DNA of 60,459 bases, the filler included. It is 3 parts of 3 records of this genome, joined end to end, with 100 filler letters (N's around TTAATTAATTAA, not from the genome) between each part and the next. Parts side by side here need not be neighbours in the genome. Positions count along the whole stretch, not along the records: positions 30,270 to 60,459 come from DRR723986_10058; 2 more parts are not named here. One strand, written 5' to 3'. The notes below the pieces were generated by a model that was not told the DNA's origin, searched no databases, and was given only the letters and a program-made list of their open reading frames with translations. Below are positions 41,212-49,237 of this stretch, one piece after another; within the stretch, counting starts at the first letter, position 1, and each line of letters begins with the position of its first letter. The translations under genes and the position numbers were made by a program.

Positions 41212-44200
41212 TCAGGAGACCGCTACAGCCATGGCGGCGATTTGCTCAGGTGTCATGGTCGCGATCTGTGTCTCTGTGAAGTGTCCGATCTGGTCAGCGT
41301 CGAGCGCTTCGATCGACTGCGGGCCGAGGGCAGCGATCGCCTGCGCGCTGAGCGAACGGATCTGGGTTCCGGTGAGGCCGGACAGCTGGGCGTAAGACAT
41401 GGCTCCGATGCGCTCCGGCGCCAGGGCACCCAGCTGCGTGACCGTCAGCGCCCCGACCTGGCGCGAGGTCAGTGCTCCGAACTGGGTGGACGACAGGATC
41501 GAGATTTCACTGCTGGTTAGGTTGGAAACCTGGTTTGCGCTGAGGGAGGCGATCTGGGATGGGGTCAAAGCTGTGAATTGCGCATTTGACAGGGCGCGCA
41601 ACTGCACACGCACGAGACCGGCAAGTTGTGACGCGCTCATTTCGGCGATTTCATCAGGTGACAGCCCCGCCAGCGCGCTGGTGGAAATGGATCCGACCTG
41701 CGCAGCGCTCAGGCCGCTGATCTGGGTCAGGGTAAGCGCTTCTATCTGGTTTTCCGAAAGTCCCGCAATCGTCGACGGCAAAAGGGCGCCGATCATGGTC
41801 GAGGTGAAGGCGGTGAACTGGTCTGCAGACAAGGCGCCAATCTGGGTTGCCGTCATGCCGGAGACCGCCTCTCTGGCAAGAGCGAGAAGTTGTGTTGTCG
41901 CCAGACCACCGATCTGGTCCGCGCTCAGACCGGAGATCGCCGACGCCGACAGATATTCCATCTGCGAGGTAGAGAGCGAGCTCAGTTGCGACAGCGTCAG
42001 GCCGGCAATGGCGGTGGCGGTCAGGGCCTCCAGTCCGGTCGAACCGAGGGCGCCAAGCTGACCTGAGTTGAACTGGGAGAGCTGCGCTGCCGTCAGTCCC
42101 TTGATGCCGCTGGCCGAAAGAGCCGTAATCTGCGCGGGCTTGAGCGCGGCCAACTGGTCGGTGGTCAGGGAGGCGATCTGCGCCCCGGTCAGGCCTCCGG
42201 CTGCGGCGGGCGTCAAAAGGCCGATGCGTGTGCTGGAAAGGGAGGCGATCTGGCCGGTGTTCAGTCCGCTGATCGCAGTGGCCGACAGTGCGCCGAATTG
42301 CGGATCGGTGAAGGTGGCAAGCGTCGTTGGGGAAAGCCCGGCAAGCGCTGCTCCGGACAATCCCTCGATCTGGCTGGTCGTCAGAGCTGTGAGTTGGTCT
42401 TCCGACAGTGCACTGATTTGTGCCGCACTCAGGCCGGCAACAGCATTTTGGGACAGGGCCGAAACCTGTCCTGTTGTCAGCGCGGCCAGTTGAGGGGCGG
42501 ACAGGGCACCGGCTGCCGAGCTGGAAAGGCCACCCATCTCGATCAGCGACAATTGAGAGACCCGCAGTGGCGTCAGTGTGCCGATCTGCGTTGCCGTCAA
42601 GGCTGCAGCCTGGGTGGCGGTCATGCTCGCCCATTGTCCGCCGGAGAAAGCTGCAAGGCTCGTTGCATCGAGTGCGGCAATCGTGGTTGTCGAAAGCCCG
42701 GCAACATGCTTTCCGCTGAACATGGCGAGCTGGCCGGCTGACAACCATGAGAATTGATCGGCCCCCAGACCGGACAGGCCGGAAGGTGTCAGCGCCGCAA
42801 CCTGACGTGTGCCAAGCGCTCCGATCTGATCCTGGGTGAGAGCGCCGACTTGCGCTGCCGACAGTCCCGCAATCTGTGTCGTTGCCAGTCCGGCTATCGT
42901 TGCGCTTTCAAGGGACGCGATCTGCGCTGGTTTGAGTGCAGCGAGTTGACCGGCGGTCAATGCGGAAAACTGCTCCGCGGACAATCTGGAAAGCACGGCA
43001 GTGCCGCTTCCTGTCAGGGCGCCGGGAGCAAGCGCGGCGACCTGATCCGGATCGAACCGGGAGATCTGTTCCGGCGAAAGGCTCGAGAGGACCGTGGACG
43101 AAAGTCCGCCGATACCGGCTGTCGACATTGCAGCGATCTGATTGCCGGTGAGGGCGGCGGCCTGCTCAGTTGTCAGGGCACCTGTCTGCCTTGCCGTGAG
43201 GGCCTTTACCTGATGCGTGCTGAGGCTGGCGATCGTGCCCGGCGCCAGGCTTGAAATGACGCTTGTGGAGAGGCCTGATATCTGCTCGGAGTTCAGCGAC
43301 AGCAGTTTGTCCGTGCCAAGCTGGTCTGCCTGGGTCGGGGTCAGACCGGCAAGGGCCTTCGAAGACAGGCCGGAGATCTGCTTGTCGGTAAGAGCGCCCA
43401 GTTGCCCGGCACTCATGGCGCCGAGACCTTCGGCGGAAAGCCGCTGCATCTGCGTTTTAGACAGGCTCTCGATCTGCGTGGTCGATAGCGCTCCGACCTG
43501 ATCGCCGTTCAGAAGGCCGATGGTGATTGCAGCGAGGCTGGATATCTGGCTGGTCGAGAGTGCGGAAACTGCTGCCGGAGCAAGGCCTTTCCAGGCTGCG
43601 GCTGAAAGCGCGTTCAGTTGTGTTGTCGACAGGGAGGCGGAGGTCGCCGGGCTCAGGCCTGCAGCAGCGTCTCCGGAAATGGCGCTGACCTGGGTGGTGG
43701 TCAGTCCGGCAATCTGGCTGGTCGTGAAAGCGCCGAACTGATCAGCCGACAGCGATCCGATCTGCGTTCTCGTGAGCGCGCTGATCTGTGATGTGGAGAG
43801 GGAGGTGGTCTGTGTGGCGGTTAGTCCGGTCAGCGCCGCGGTGCTCAGACTGCTGATCTGCGACCGTGACAGCGCCGCGATCTGCTCACTCGAAAAGGCT
43901 TCAAGGGCTTCATCGCCCAGGCCCGCAATTTGTGTGGTGTTCAGGGCTGCAAGCTGTTCGTTGGTGAGGGCGGCTGCCTGAGTGGCCTTGAGCGCGCCGA
44001 TCGTTCCGGCGCTGAGGCTTTTCACCTGTGTTGCCGACAGGGCGGATATCTGGCCGGTGCTGAAAGACTGGATCTGCGTGGTGGCGAGGCCCGCCATCGC
44101 CGTGCCGGTCAAGGCGGCCAGCTGGGCATCGCTCAAGGTTGCAATTGCGGTTCGGGTCAGGCCCTTGATCCCGGTGGCCGAAAGGGCTGCGGTTTGGGTG

Positions 44201-47200
44201 GTGGTCAGCGCTTCCACCTGTGCCGTTGTCAGGCGGGTCACCTGCGCCGCGTTGAAACTGGCGATCTGGGTTGCTGTCAGCGCCGCGATCTGACCCGGCA
44301 CCAGGGCTTCGAACTGGGTTGCATTCAAGGCCTTCAACTGAACCCCTGTCAGGCCGTTCAACTGGGCTGTTGTCAGGCCCGACACGTCGGAGGCGGAAAG
44401 ACCTGCGAGACCCGTTGCAGACAATGCGCCGATCTGCTTGTCGCTCAGTGCCAGGATCTGCTCGGGCGACAGCGCATCGACCTGATCGTCGGTCAGGCCT
44501 TTCATCTGTGTTGTTGTCAGGGAGCCGAGTTGTGTCGTCGTCAGGGCGGCGATGGTCTCTTCACGCAAACCGCCGATCGCGGCTGCCGTCAGTTCTCCAA
44601 ATTGCGCGTTCGACAGAGAGCCGAGTTTGGTCGCCGTCACCGCCGCCATCTGCGTCTGGGTCAGGGCACGCAATTGCACGGAGCTGAACTGGGCCAGCTG
44701 GTCCGCGGACAATGCGGCGATCTGGGTTGCGCCGAGAGATGCGGTCTGGGTGGCTGTCAGTCCGGCAATCTGGGTTTTCTCAAGCCCCGCAATAACGTCG
44801 CTGTTCAGGCCGGCAAGCCCGGACGTCGACAGCGAGCCTATCTGTTTGGCAGACAGCGCGGCCGCCTGGGTCGAAGAGAGCACTTCGGTCTGGGTGCCGT
44901 CGAGGGCGCCTAGTGCGGCAGATGCAAGGCTTGCCACCTGTGTTGTCGACAGGGACGCCATCTGGTCCCGGGTCAGGCCCTTGGCCTGATTGGCGACAAG
45001 GGATGTGATCTGCGTTGTCGTGAAGGCGTCGAATTGCGCCGTGCTCAACTGGCCGACGGCGGTGCTGGAAAGAGCTGAAACCTGTGTGTTGCTCAGCGCG
45101 GCAATCTGGTCCGGTGTCAGAGCGGCGATCTGGCCGGAGCCGAGAGACGAAATGCCGGCTGCCGAAAGGGCGTTCAGGCGCTCGCCCTGCAGGGCGGAAA
45201 CCTGAGCATCCGTCAGGCCGGCGGTGTTGCCGGCAAGGGCTGCAATCTGGGTCGTGGACAACGCCTGGAACTGATCGGACGACAGCGATGAAACCGCCGA
45301 TGCGGTCAGGCTTTTCACCTGTGCGCCGGTGAGAGCCGCCACTTGCGTTATCGACAGCGCTGCAAGCTGGTCCGTTCCAAGGGCGGCGATTGCCTGGCCC
45401 GAGAGACCGGCAATCTGGGTCGGGGCAAGCTGGCTGAGCTGGCTCGTCGAGAAGAACCCGATCTGGGAGCCGGTCAGGCCCGACAGGGCAGTGGCGGTCA
45501 GGCTTTCCAGCCTGTCCGGCGTCAGGGCCGCGATATGGCTTTCACTCAAACCGCGGATCTGCGCCGGGGCGAGATCGGCAAGTTGCGTGTTGCCGAGCGC
45601 CGTAAACTGCTCGGCACTCAGGCTTGCGAAGGCGGTTTCGGTCAGGCTCCGCAACTGGCTGGTCGACAGGTTCGACAGGAAGCTGCCCGACAGCGCTTCC
45701 ATCTGCTCCGGTCCGAGAGCGGCAATCGTGGTGGTGGAAAAGCCCTTGATGGCGGTGCTGTTGAAGGCGGCGATCTGGTCGCTGCTGAGCTGGCGGATTG
45801 TCGTGCCGTTCAGGGCTAGCGCCTGTGCATAGCCCATCGAGCCGATCTGCTCGGTGCTGAAAGTTCGGAGCTGTCCGGCGGAAAAGGCCCGCATCTGGGG
45901 AGCGGTCAGCGAGCGAACCTGCAGCGAACCGAGAGCGCCGATCTGGGTTTCATCCAGTGCGGCGATCATCGTGGTGCCGATGCCGCGCACCTGGTTGACG
46001 CTCAAGGCGCCGATCTGGTCGGTCGACAGGGCGTCGAACTGGGTCTCGTTGAACCCTGCGATCACGAAACTGGACAGGGCGCTCAGGCGTGTGCCGGTAA
46101 GAAGCGCGATCTGGGTTTCCTTCAGCGCCTTGCCCTGGGTTGCGGTGATTGCGTTCAGCTGGGTCTCTGTCAGCGCCTTGAACTGGTCTTCGGAAAACAG
46201 CGACAGGTCGCCGGCGGTCAGTCCCTGGAATTGTGTCGTGGTCAGACTGGCGATGCGGGTCTCGCTGAGGCCGGAAATGACCTCGTTGTTGAGCGAGGTG
46301 ATCTGCGTTGCCGAGAAAGACGCGAACTGGTCTGCAGTCAGTGAGGCGACCTGTTGAGCCCCGAGGGCAGCTACCGCCGTCCGGGTCAATTGGCCGATCT
46401 GGGAAAAGTTCAGCGCGCCGAGCTGGGTCTCGTTCAGGTAACGCGTCTGGGTCTGGGTAAGGCCCTGGATTTGGGCCTTGCTGAAATTTGCGATCTGGGG
46501 AGCCGTCAGCGCACCGATCTGCGTGGTCGTCATGGCGCCGATGGAGGTTCCGGAAAAAAACCTGATCTGCCCGGGGCTGAAGGTCTGGATCTGGTCCTCG
46601 GAGAAGGACTGAACCTGCCTGGTCGACAGCACGGAGACCTGCTGGGCCGTGAGCCCGGCTAGCTGGGAGGACGTCAGTGCGGATATTTCCGGCAGCGTCA
46701 GCCCTTTCACCTGGGTGGTCGACAGAGTGCCGATATGGGTGGCGGTCAGGGCACCGAACTGGGTCGTCGTCAGTGCGGCGATGCTCTGGCTGCTGAGGGC
46801 CCGGAACTGGGTGCTGGCGAGCGACAGCAGCGTGTCGACGCTGATCGCCTTCACCTGCGGCATCGTCAGGCTGCCCATGTGGGTGGTCGTCAGCTGGCCG
46901 GATTGTTCCGCCGTCATTGCCGCAACCTGGTCCACGGTCAGATTGCGGAATTGCGACACGCTCAGCATGCCAAGCTGGGTGCTGGCCATGCCGGAAAACT
47001 GTTCCAGGCTCAGTCCCGCCACTCTCGCGGGTGAAAGCGCCTTCACCTGCAGGCCGGTCAGTGCTGCAATATCGTCAGAGCCGAAATGCGAAAACTGGCT
47101 GTCGGAAAACCCGGCGAGGACGGATGTCGCAAAGCTCTTGACCTGACCGGGCGAAAACGCCTCGATCTGTGTTCCGGAAAGATCCTGGATCTGGGTGGCG

Positions 47201-47523
47201 GAAAGGGCGGCGATCTGGGGTGCCGTCAGCGCCTGCAACTCGCTCGCGGAAAAGGCGGCAAGGTCCTCTGCCGTCAGTTGCCGGATCTGGGTGGTGGTCA
47301 GCGCGCGGATATGGTCTGCGTCGTCCGAGCTGACTTCCTGGTAGGTGATCGCATCGTAACTGGCGAGCGTCTGGGACGAGGTGAGGGTGCTGGTTCCAGA
47401 TCCCGTCGTCGTTTGTCCGGAAGTTGTATCGGAAGATGGCTCCTCCGTGGCCGGAGACACCGACGTGCTTGCAGGTGAGACGTAGAAGGTTGCCGCGCTG
47501 GGCGTGGCGTTGATTGTCGTCAC
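41212..47523 (-). CDS. Giant Ser/Thr/Ala/Leu/Gln-rich octapeptide-repeat protein (2103 aa, no signal peptide)
   Basis: 6.3-kb stop-free frame; ~74-aa S/T-rich leader then continuous 8-aa repeats; GTG start lies ~45 bp downstream of a sigma-54 motif. Confidence 0.9.
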   Translation of the reverse strand: MTTINATPSAATFYVSPASTSVSPATEEPSSDTTSGQTTTGSGTSTLTSSQTLASYDAITYQEVSSDDADHIRALTTTQIRQLTAEDLAAFSASELQALTAPQIAALSATQIQDLSGTQIEAFSPGQVKSFATSVLAGFSDSQFSHFGSDDIAALTGLQVKALSPARVAGLSLEQFSGMASTQLGMLSVSQFRNLTVDQVAAMTAEQSGQLTTTHMGSLTMPQVKAISVDTLLSLASTQFRALSSQSIAALTTTQFGALTATHIGTLSTTQVKGLTLPEISALTSSQLAGLTAQQVSVLSTRQVQSFSEDQIQTFSPGQIRFFSGTSIGAMTTTQIGALTAPQIANFSKAQIQGLTQTQTRYLNETQLGALNFSQIGQLTRTAVAALGAQQVASLTADQFASFSATQITSLNNEVISGLSETRIASLTTTQFQGLTAGDLSLFSEDQFKALTETQLNAITATQGKALKETQIALLTGTRLSALSSFVIAGFNETQFDALSTDQIGALSVNQVRGIGTTMIAALDETQIGALGSLQVRSLTAPQMRAFSAGQLRTFSTEQIGSMGYAQALALNGTTIRQLSSDQIAAFNSTAIKGFSTTTIAALGPEQMEALSGSFLSNLSTSQLRSLTETAFASLSAEQFTALGNTQLADLAPAQIRGLSESHIAALTPDRLESLTATALSGLTGSQIGFFSTSQLSQLAPTQIAGLSGQAIAALGTDQLAALSITQVAALTGAQVKSLTASAVSSLSSDQFQALSTTQIAALAGNTAGLTDAQVSALQGERLNALSAAGISSLGSGQIAALTPDQIAALSNTQVSALSSTAVGQLSTAQFDAFTTTQITSLVANQAKGLTRDQMASLSTTQVASLASAALGALDGTQTEVLSSTQAAALSAKQIGSLSTSGLAGLNSDVIAGLEKTQIAGLTATQTASLGATQIAALSADQLAQFSSVQLRALTQTQMAAVTATKLGSLSNAQFGELTAAAIGGLREETIAALTTTQLGSLTTTQMKGLTDDQVDALSPEQILALSDKQIGALSATGLAGLSASDVSGLTTAQLNGLTGVQLKALNATQFEALVPGQIAALTATQIASFNAAQVTRLTTAQVEALTTTQTAALSATGIKGLTRTAIATLSDAQLAALTGTAMAGLATTQIQSFSTGQISALSATQVKSLSAGTIGALKATQAAALTNEQLAALNTTQIAGLGDEALEAFSSEQIAALSRSQISSLSTAALTGLTATQTTSLSTSQISALTRTQIGSLSADQFGAFTTSQIAGLTTTQVSAISGDAAAGLSPATSASLSTTQLNALSAAAWKGLAPAAVSALSTSQISSLAAITIGLLNGDQVGALSTTQIESLSKTQMQRLSAEGLGAMSAGQLGALTDKQISGLSSKALAGLTPTQADQLGTDKLLSLNSEQISGLSTSVISSLAPGTIASLSTHQVKALTARQTGALTTEQAAALTGNQIAAMSTAGIGGLSSTVLSSLSPEQISRFDPDQVAALAPGALTGSGTAVLSRLSAEQFSALTAGQLAALKPAQIASLESATIAGLATTQIAGLSAAQVGALTQDQIGALGTRQVAALTPSGLSGLGADQFSWLSAGQLAMFSGKHVAGLSTTTIAALDATSLAAFSGGQWASMTATQAAALTATQIGTLTPLRVSQLSLIEMGGLSSSAAGALSAPQLAALTTGQVSALSQNAVAGLSAAQISALSEDQLTALTTSQIEGLSGAALAGLSPTTLATFTDPQFGALSATAISGLNTGQIASLSSTRIGLLTPAAAGGLTGAQIASLTTDQLAALKPAQITALSASGIKGLTAAQLSQFNSGQLGALGSTGLEALTATAIAGLTLSQLSSLSTSQMEYLSASAISGLSADQIGGLATTQLLALAREAVSGMTATQIGALSADQFTAFTSTMIGALLPSTIAGLSENQIEALTLTQISGLSAAQVGSISTSALAGLSPDEIAEMSASQLAGLVRVQLRALSNAQFTALTPSQIASLSANQVSNLTSSEISILSSTQFGALTSRQVGALTVTQLGALAPERIGAMSYAQLSGLTGTQIRSLSAQAIAALGPQSIEALDADQIGHFTETQIATMTPEQIAAMAVAVS
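41230..47301 (-). repeat. About 250 degenerate 24-nt/8-aa tandem coding repeats, consensus L-[ST]-x-x-Q-[ILVF]-x-[AGS]
   Basis: e.g. LTTTQIRQ LTAEDLAA FSASELQA LTAPQIAA LSATQIQD LSGTQIEA; GATCTG recurs on the + strand at multiples of 24 nt; count estimated from length. Confidence 0.9.
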
Positions 47524-47567
47524 TTAAGGAGGTTCCAGAAAGCCCCATAGCGGGCCGAAGGCTGCTC

Positions 47568-47584
47568 AGCAACTTCCGTGCCAG
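47568..47584 (-). promoter_or_regulatory. Sigma-54 (-24/-12) promoter for the repeat protein-GT41 operon
   Basis: Minus strand reads CTGGCACGGAAGTTGCT, matching YTGGCACG-N4-TTGCW exactly. Confidence 0.85.
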
Positions 47585-47646
47585 TGCCTGTTTTTGCGAA
47601 AAACGCTGATTTCTCCTATTGAATGGATGCTGGCTGTTGGCTCCGT

Positions 47647-47805
47647 CGGACAAAATCTGCCGCTGTCCCCAGGCAAAATTCGCCCGGTGCTGGTGGTGCG
47701 CTCGGCAGGAAATGCCCTGGCGCGGCCATGCCATGGGCCGGCGTTGGCTGAGGAGGCTCCGAGCAAACGCTGCTTGATTGAGAAGCCGTCTGGCGGAATT
47801 GGCCG
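47647..47805. promoter_or_regulatory. Cluster of GGCA-N5-TGCC-like dyads, candidate enhancer-binding protein (FlbD ftr-like) sites
   Basis: GACA-AAATC-TGCC (47649), GGCA-AAATT-CGCC (47672), CTC-GGCA-GGAAA-TGCC (47701), GGCG-GAATT-GGCC (47792). Confidence 0.5.
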
Positions 47806-47849
47806 AGAGATTTTGATCCGCGGCAGCTTTGTGATGCTGCCGGGCATCT

Positions 47850-47866
47850 TTGGCACGGCGCGTGCT
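47850..47866 (+). promoter_or_regulatory. Second, divergent sigma-54-type promoter upstream of the epimerase
   Basis: TTGGCACGGCGCGTGCT, GG-N10-GC spacing, one mismatch to consensus, ~70 bp before ATG 47935. Confidence 0.6.
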
Positions 47867-47934
47867 AGGCGCGATTTAACGGCCGAGCGGGTAGGCGGCC
47901 GGGCTTTCGCAGCTACCCTGGAACACACCACAAC

Positions 47935-48894
47935 ATGTCCCTTCCCATTCTGATCACTGGAAGTGCCGGCCTTATCGGGTCCGCCCTTGTGGACACGCTG
48001 ACGGCGCTGGGCCGTCCTGTCCGCACGTTTGATATTGCCGATGCTGGGCAGGACAGCCGCAACGGCGCTGCGGTTGAAGACGCGGTGCGGGGCTGCGGCG
48101 GCGTAATTCACCTGGCAGCAGTGTCCCGGGTGCTTTGGGGTGAGCATAATCCCGTGCTGTGCCGGGACGTGAATGTCGGGGGAACCCGCAACGTTCTTGC
48201 AGCTGCTGCATGTAGCGGGAGCCGTCCCTGGGTTCTCTTCGGCAGCAGCCGGGAAGCTTATGGGCCGGTCACCCGATTTCCGGCTAATGAAGACACTGCA
48301 CGCTGCCCGATGAATGTCTACGGACGGTCAAAGCTGGCAGGCGAGAAGCTGGTGGAGGCAGCCCAGGAGGCCGGTGTCAAGGCTGCTATCCTGCGGTTTT
48401 CGAACGTCTATGGCCGGATTTCCGATCATGCGGACCGTGTTGTTCCCGCCTTCGCAAGAGCCGCCGCCGGAGGGCACAGATTGCAGGTCGAGGGCCGCAA
48501 TCATGTCTTCGACTTCAATTATCTGGATGATGTCGTTGACGGTATCCTGAAGATGGTCACTTTCATCGAGGCGGAACGGAAGGCGCCGCCGCCTGTGCAA
48601 TTCGTCTCCGGGGTCGGCACCAGCCTGACCGAACTTGCCGAAGCCAGCGTACGGCTTGCCGGAACGGCCGCCGAAATCCACCATGTCGGGCCGCGCAGCT
48701 TCGACGTCAACGGCTTCGTCGGATCGGGGGAACGCGCCCGGCAATTGCTTGGCTGGCAAACGAAGACAAGCATAGAGGAAGGGCTTGCGCATATGGTCCG
48801 GGCCTTTGCGGATGCAAATGGCAAGGCGCAGCTTGCAGAGCCTGCATGTGGCTTCAGTGCAGGTGCTACTGACCCCGGTCTGTCCGCTGTTTGA
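47935..48894 (+). CDS. NAD-dependent nucleotide-sugar epimerase/dehydratase
   Basis: ITGSAGLIG, VIHLAA, YGRSK (YxxxK), LRFSNVYG, DFNYLDDVV. Confidence 0.9.
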   Translation: MSLPILITGSAGLIGSALVDTLTALGRPVRTFDIADAGQDSRNGAAVEDAVRGCGGVIHLAAVSRVLWGEHNPVLCRDVNVGGTRNVLAAAACSGSRPWVLFGSSREAYGPVTRFPANEDTARCPMNVYGRSKLAGEKLVEAAQEAGVKAAILRFSNVYGRISDHADRVVPAFARAAAGGHRLQVEGRNHVFDFNYLDDVVDGILKMVTFIEAERKAPPPVQFVSGVGTSLTELAEASVRLAGTAAEIHHVGPRSFDVNGFVGSGERARQLLGWQTKTSIEEGLAHMVRAFADANGKAQLAEPACGFSAGATDPGLSAV

Positions 48895-49081
48895 TTGCTG
48901 TTTCTTGAGCTGGTGCCGGTTGAAACGACCGGCCTGGCTTGCCCTGTTGCCATGAATCGGATTAGCTGCAGGAAAGCGTGGCCAATGGTGCCGTCTTGCT
49001 ACTGCAACGCTTGCCCGCGATTTGCAATTGCCTGATATCCTTGGGGAAATTTCTTCCGTCAATCGCCGTAAAGCGGATTTT

Positions 49082-49097
49082 TGATTGACGTATGTCA
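49082..49097. promoter_or_regulatory. Degenerate LacI-type operator upstream of the regulator (autoregulation)
   Basis: TGATTGACGTATGTCA shares ACGTATGTCA with the perfect palindrome at 50398. Confidence 0.6.
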
Positions 49098-49237
49098 GAA
49101 TGCTGCGCGACATTGTCTCCCTGTCGGTCAGCGGGTGTCCGGTCGATCCCGCGGGGGCGCCCGGACGCTGATCGGCGTTGAAGTGGTGGATCATCTTGTC
49201 TGCGTTCACGAGAACGCGGGATGGTCCGGGAGACGTA

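Noticed and set aside
41230-47301. CRISPR array or DNA satellite suggested by recurring GATCTG/GTCAG motifs
   Set aside because: The periodicity is explained by codons of the peptide repeat; no identical repeats with unique spacers and no cas genes
41399-47478. Numerous + strand and alternate-frame ORFs within the repeat gene
   Set aside because: By-products of the repetitive, stop-poor coding sequence
41212-47523. Ice-nucleation protein, leucine-rich repeat or pentapeptide repeat identity for the giant protein
   Set aside because: The period is 8 as in InaZ, but the AGYGSTxT consensus is absent; no LxxLxLxxN pattern and no 5-residue period
47521-47548. Possible frameshifted start (ATG 47548, MGLSGTSL) and AAGGAGG on the + strand at 47526-47532
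   Set aside because: The ATG would be only ~9 nt from the predicted transcription start; the AAGGAGG is on the wrong strand with no credible ORF; GTG 47523 is the simpler start although its SD is weak
33377-48960. Mobile element or genomic-island boundaries around the glycosylation cluster
   Set aside because: No integrase, transposase, tRNA or flanking direct repeats seen; any compositional shift could not be quantified by eye
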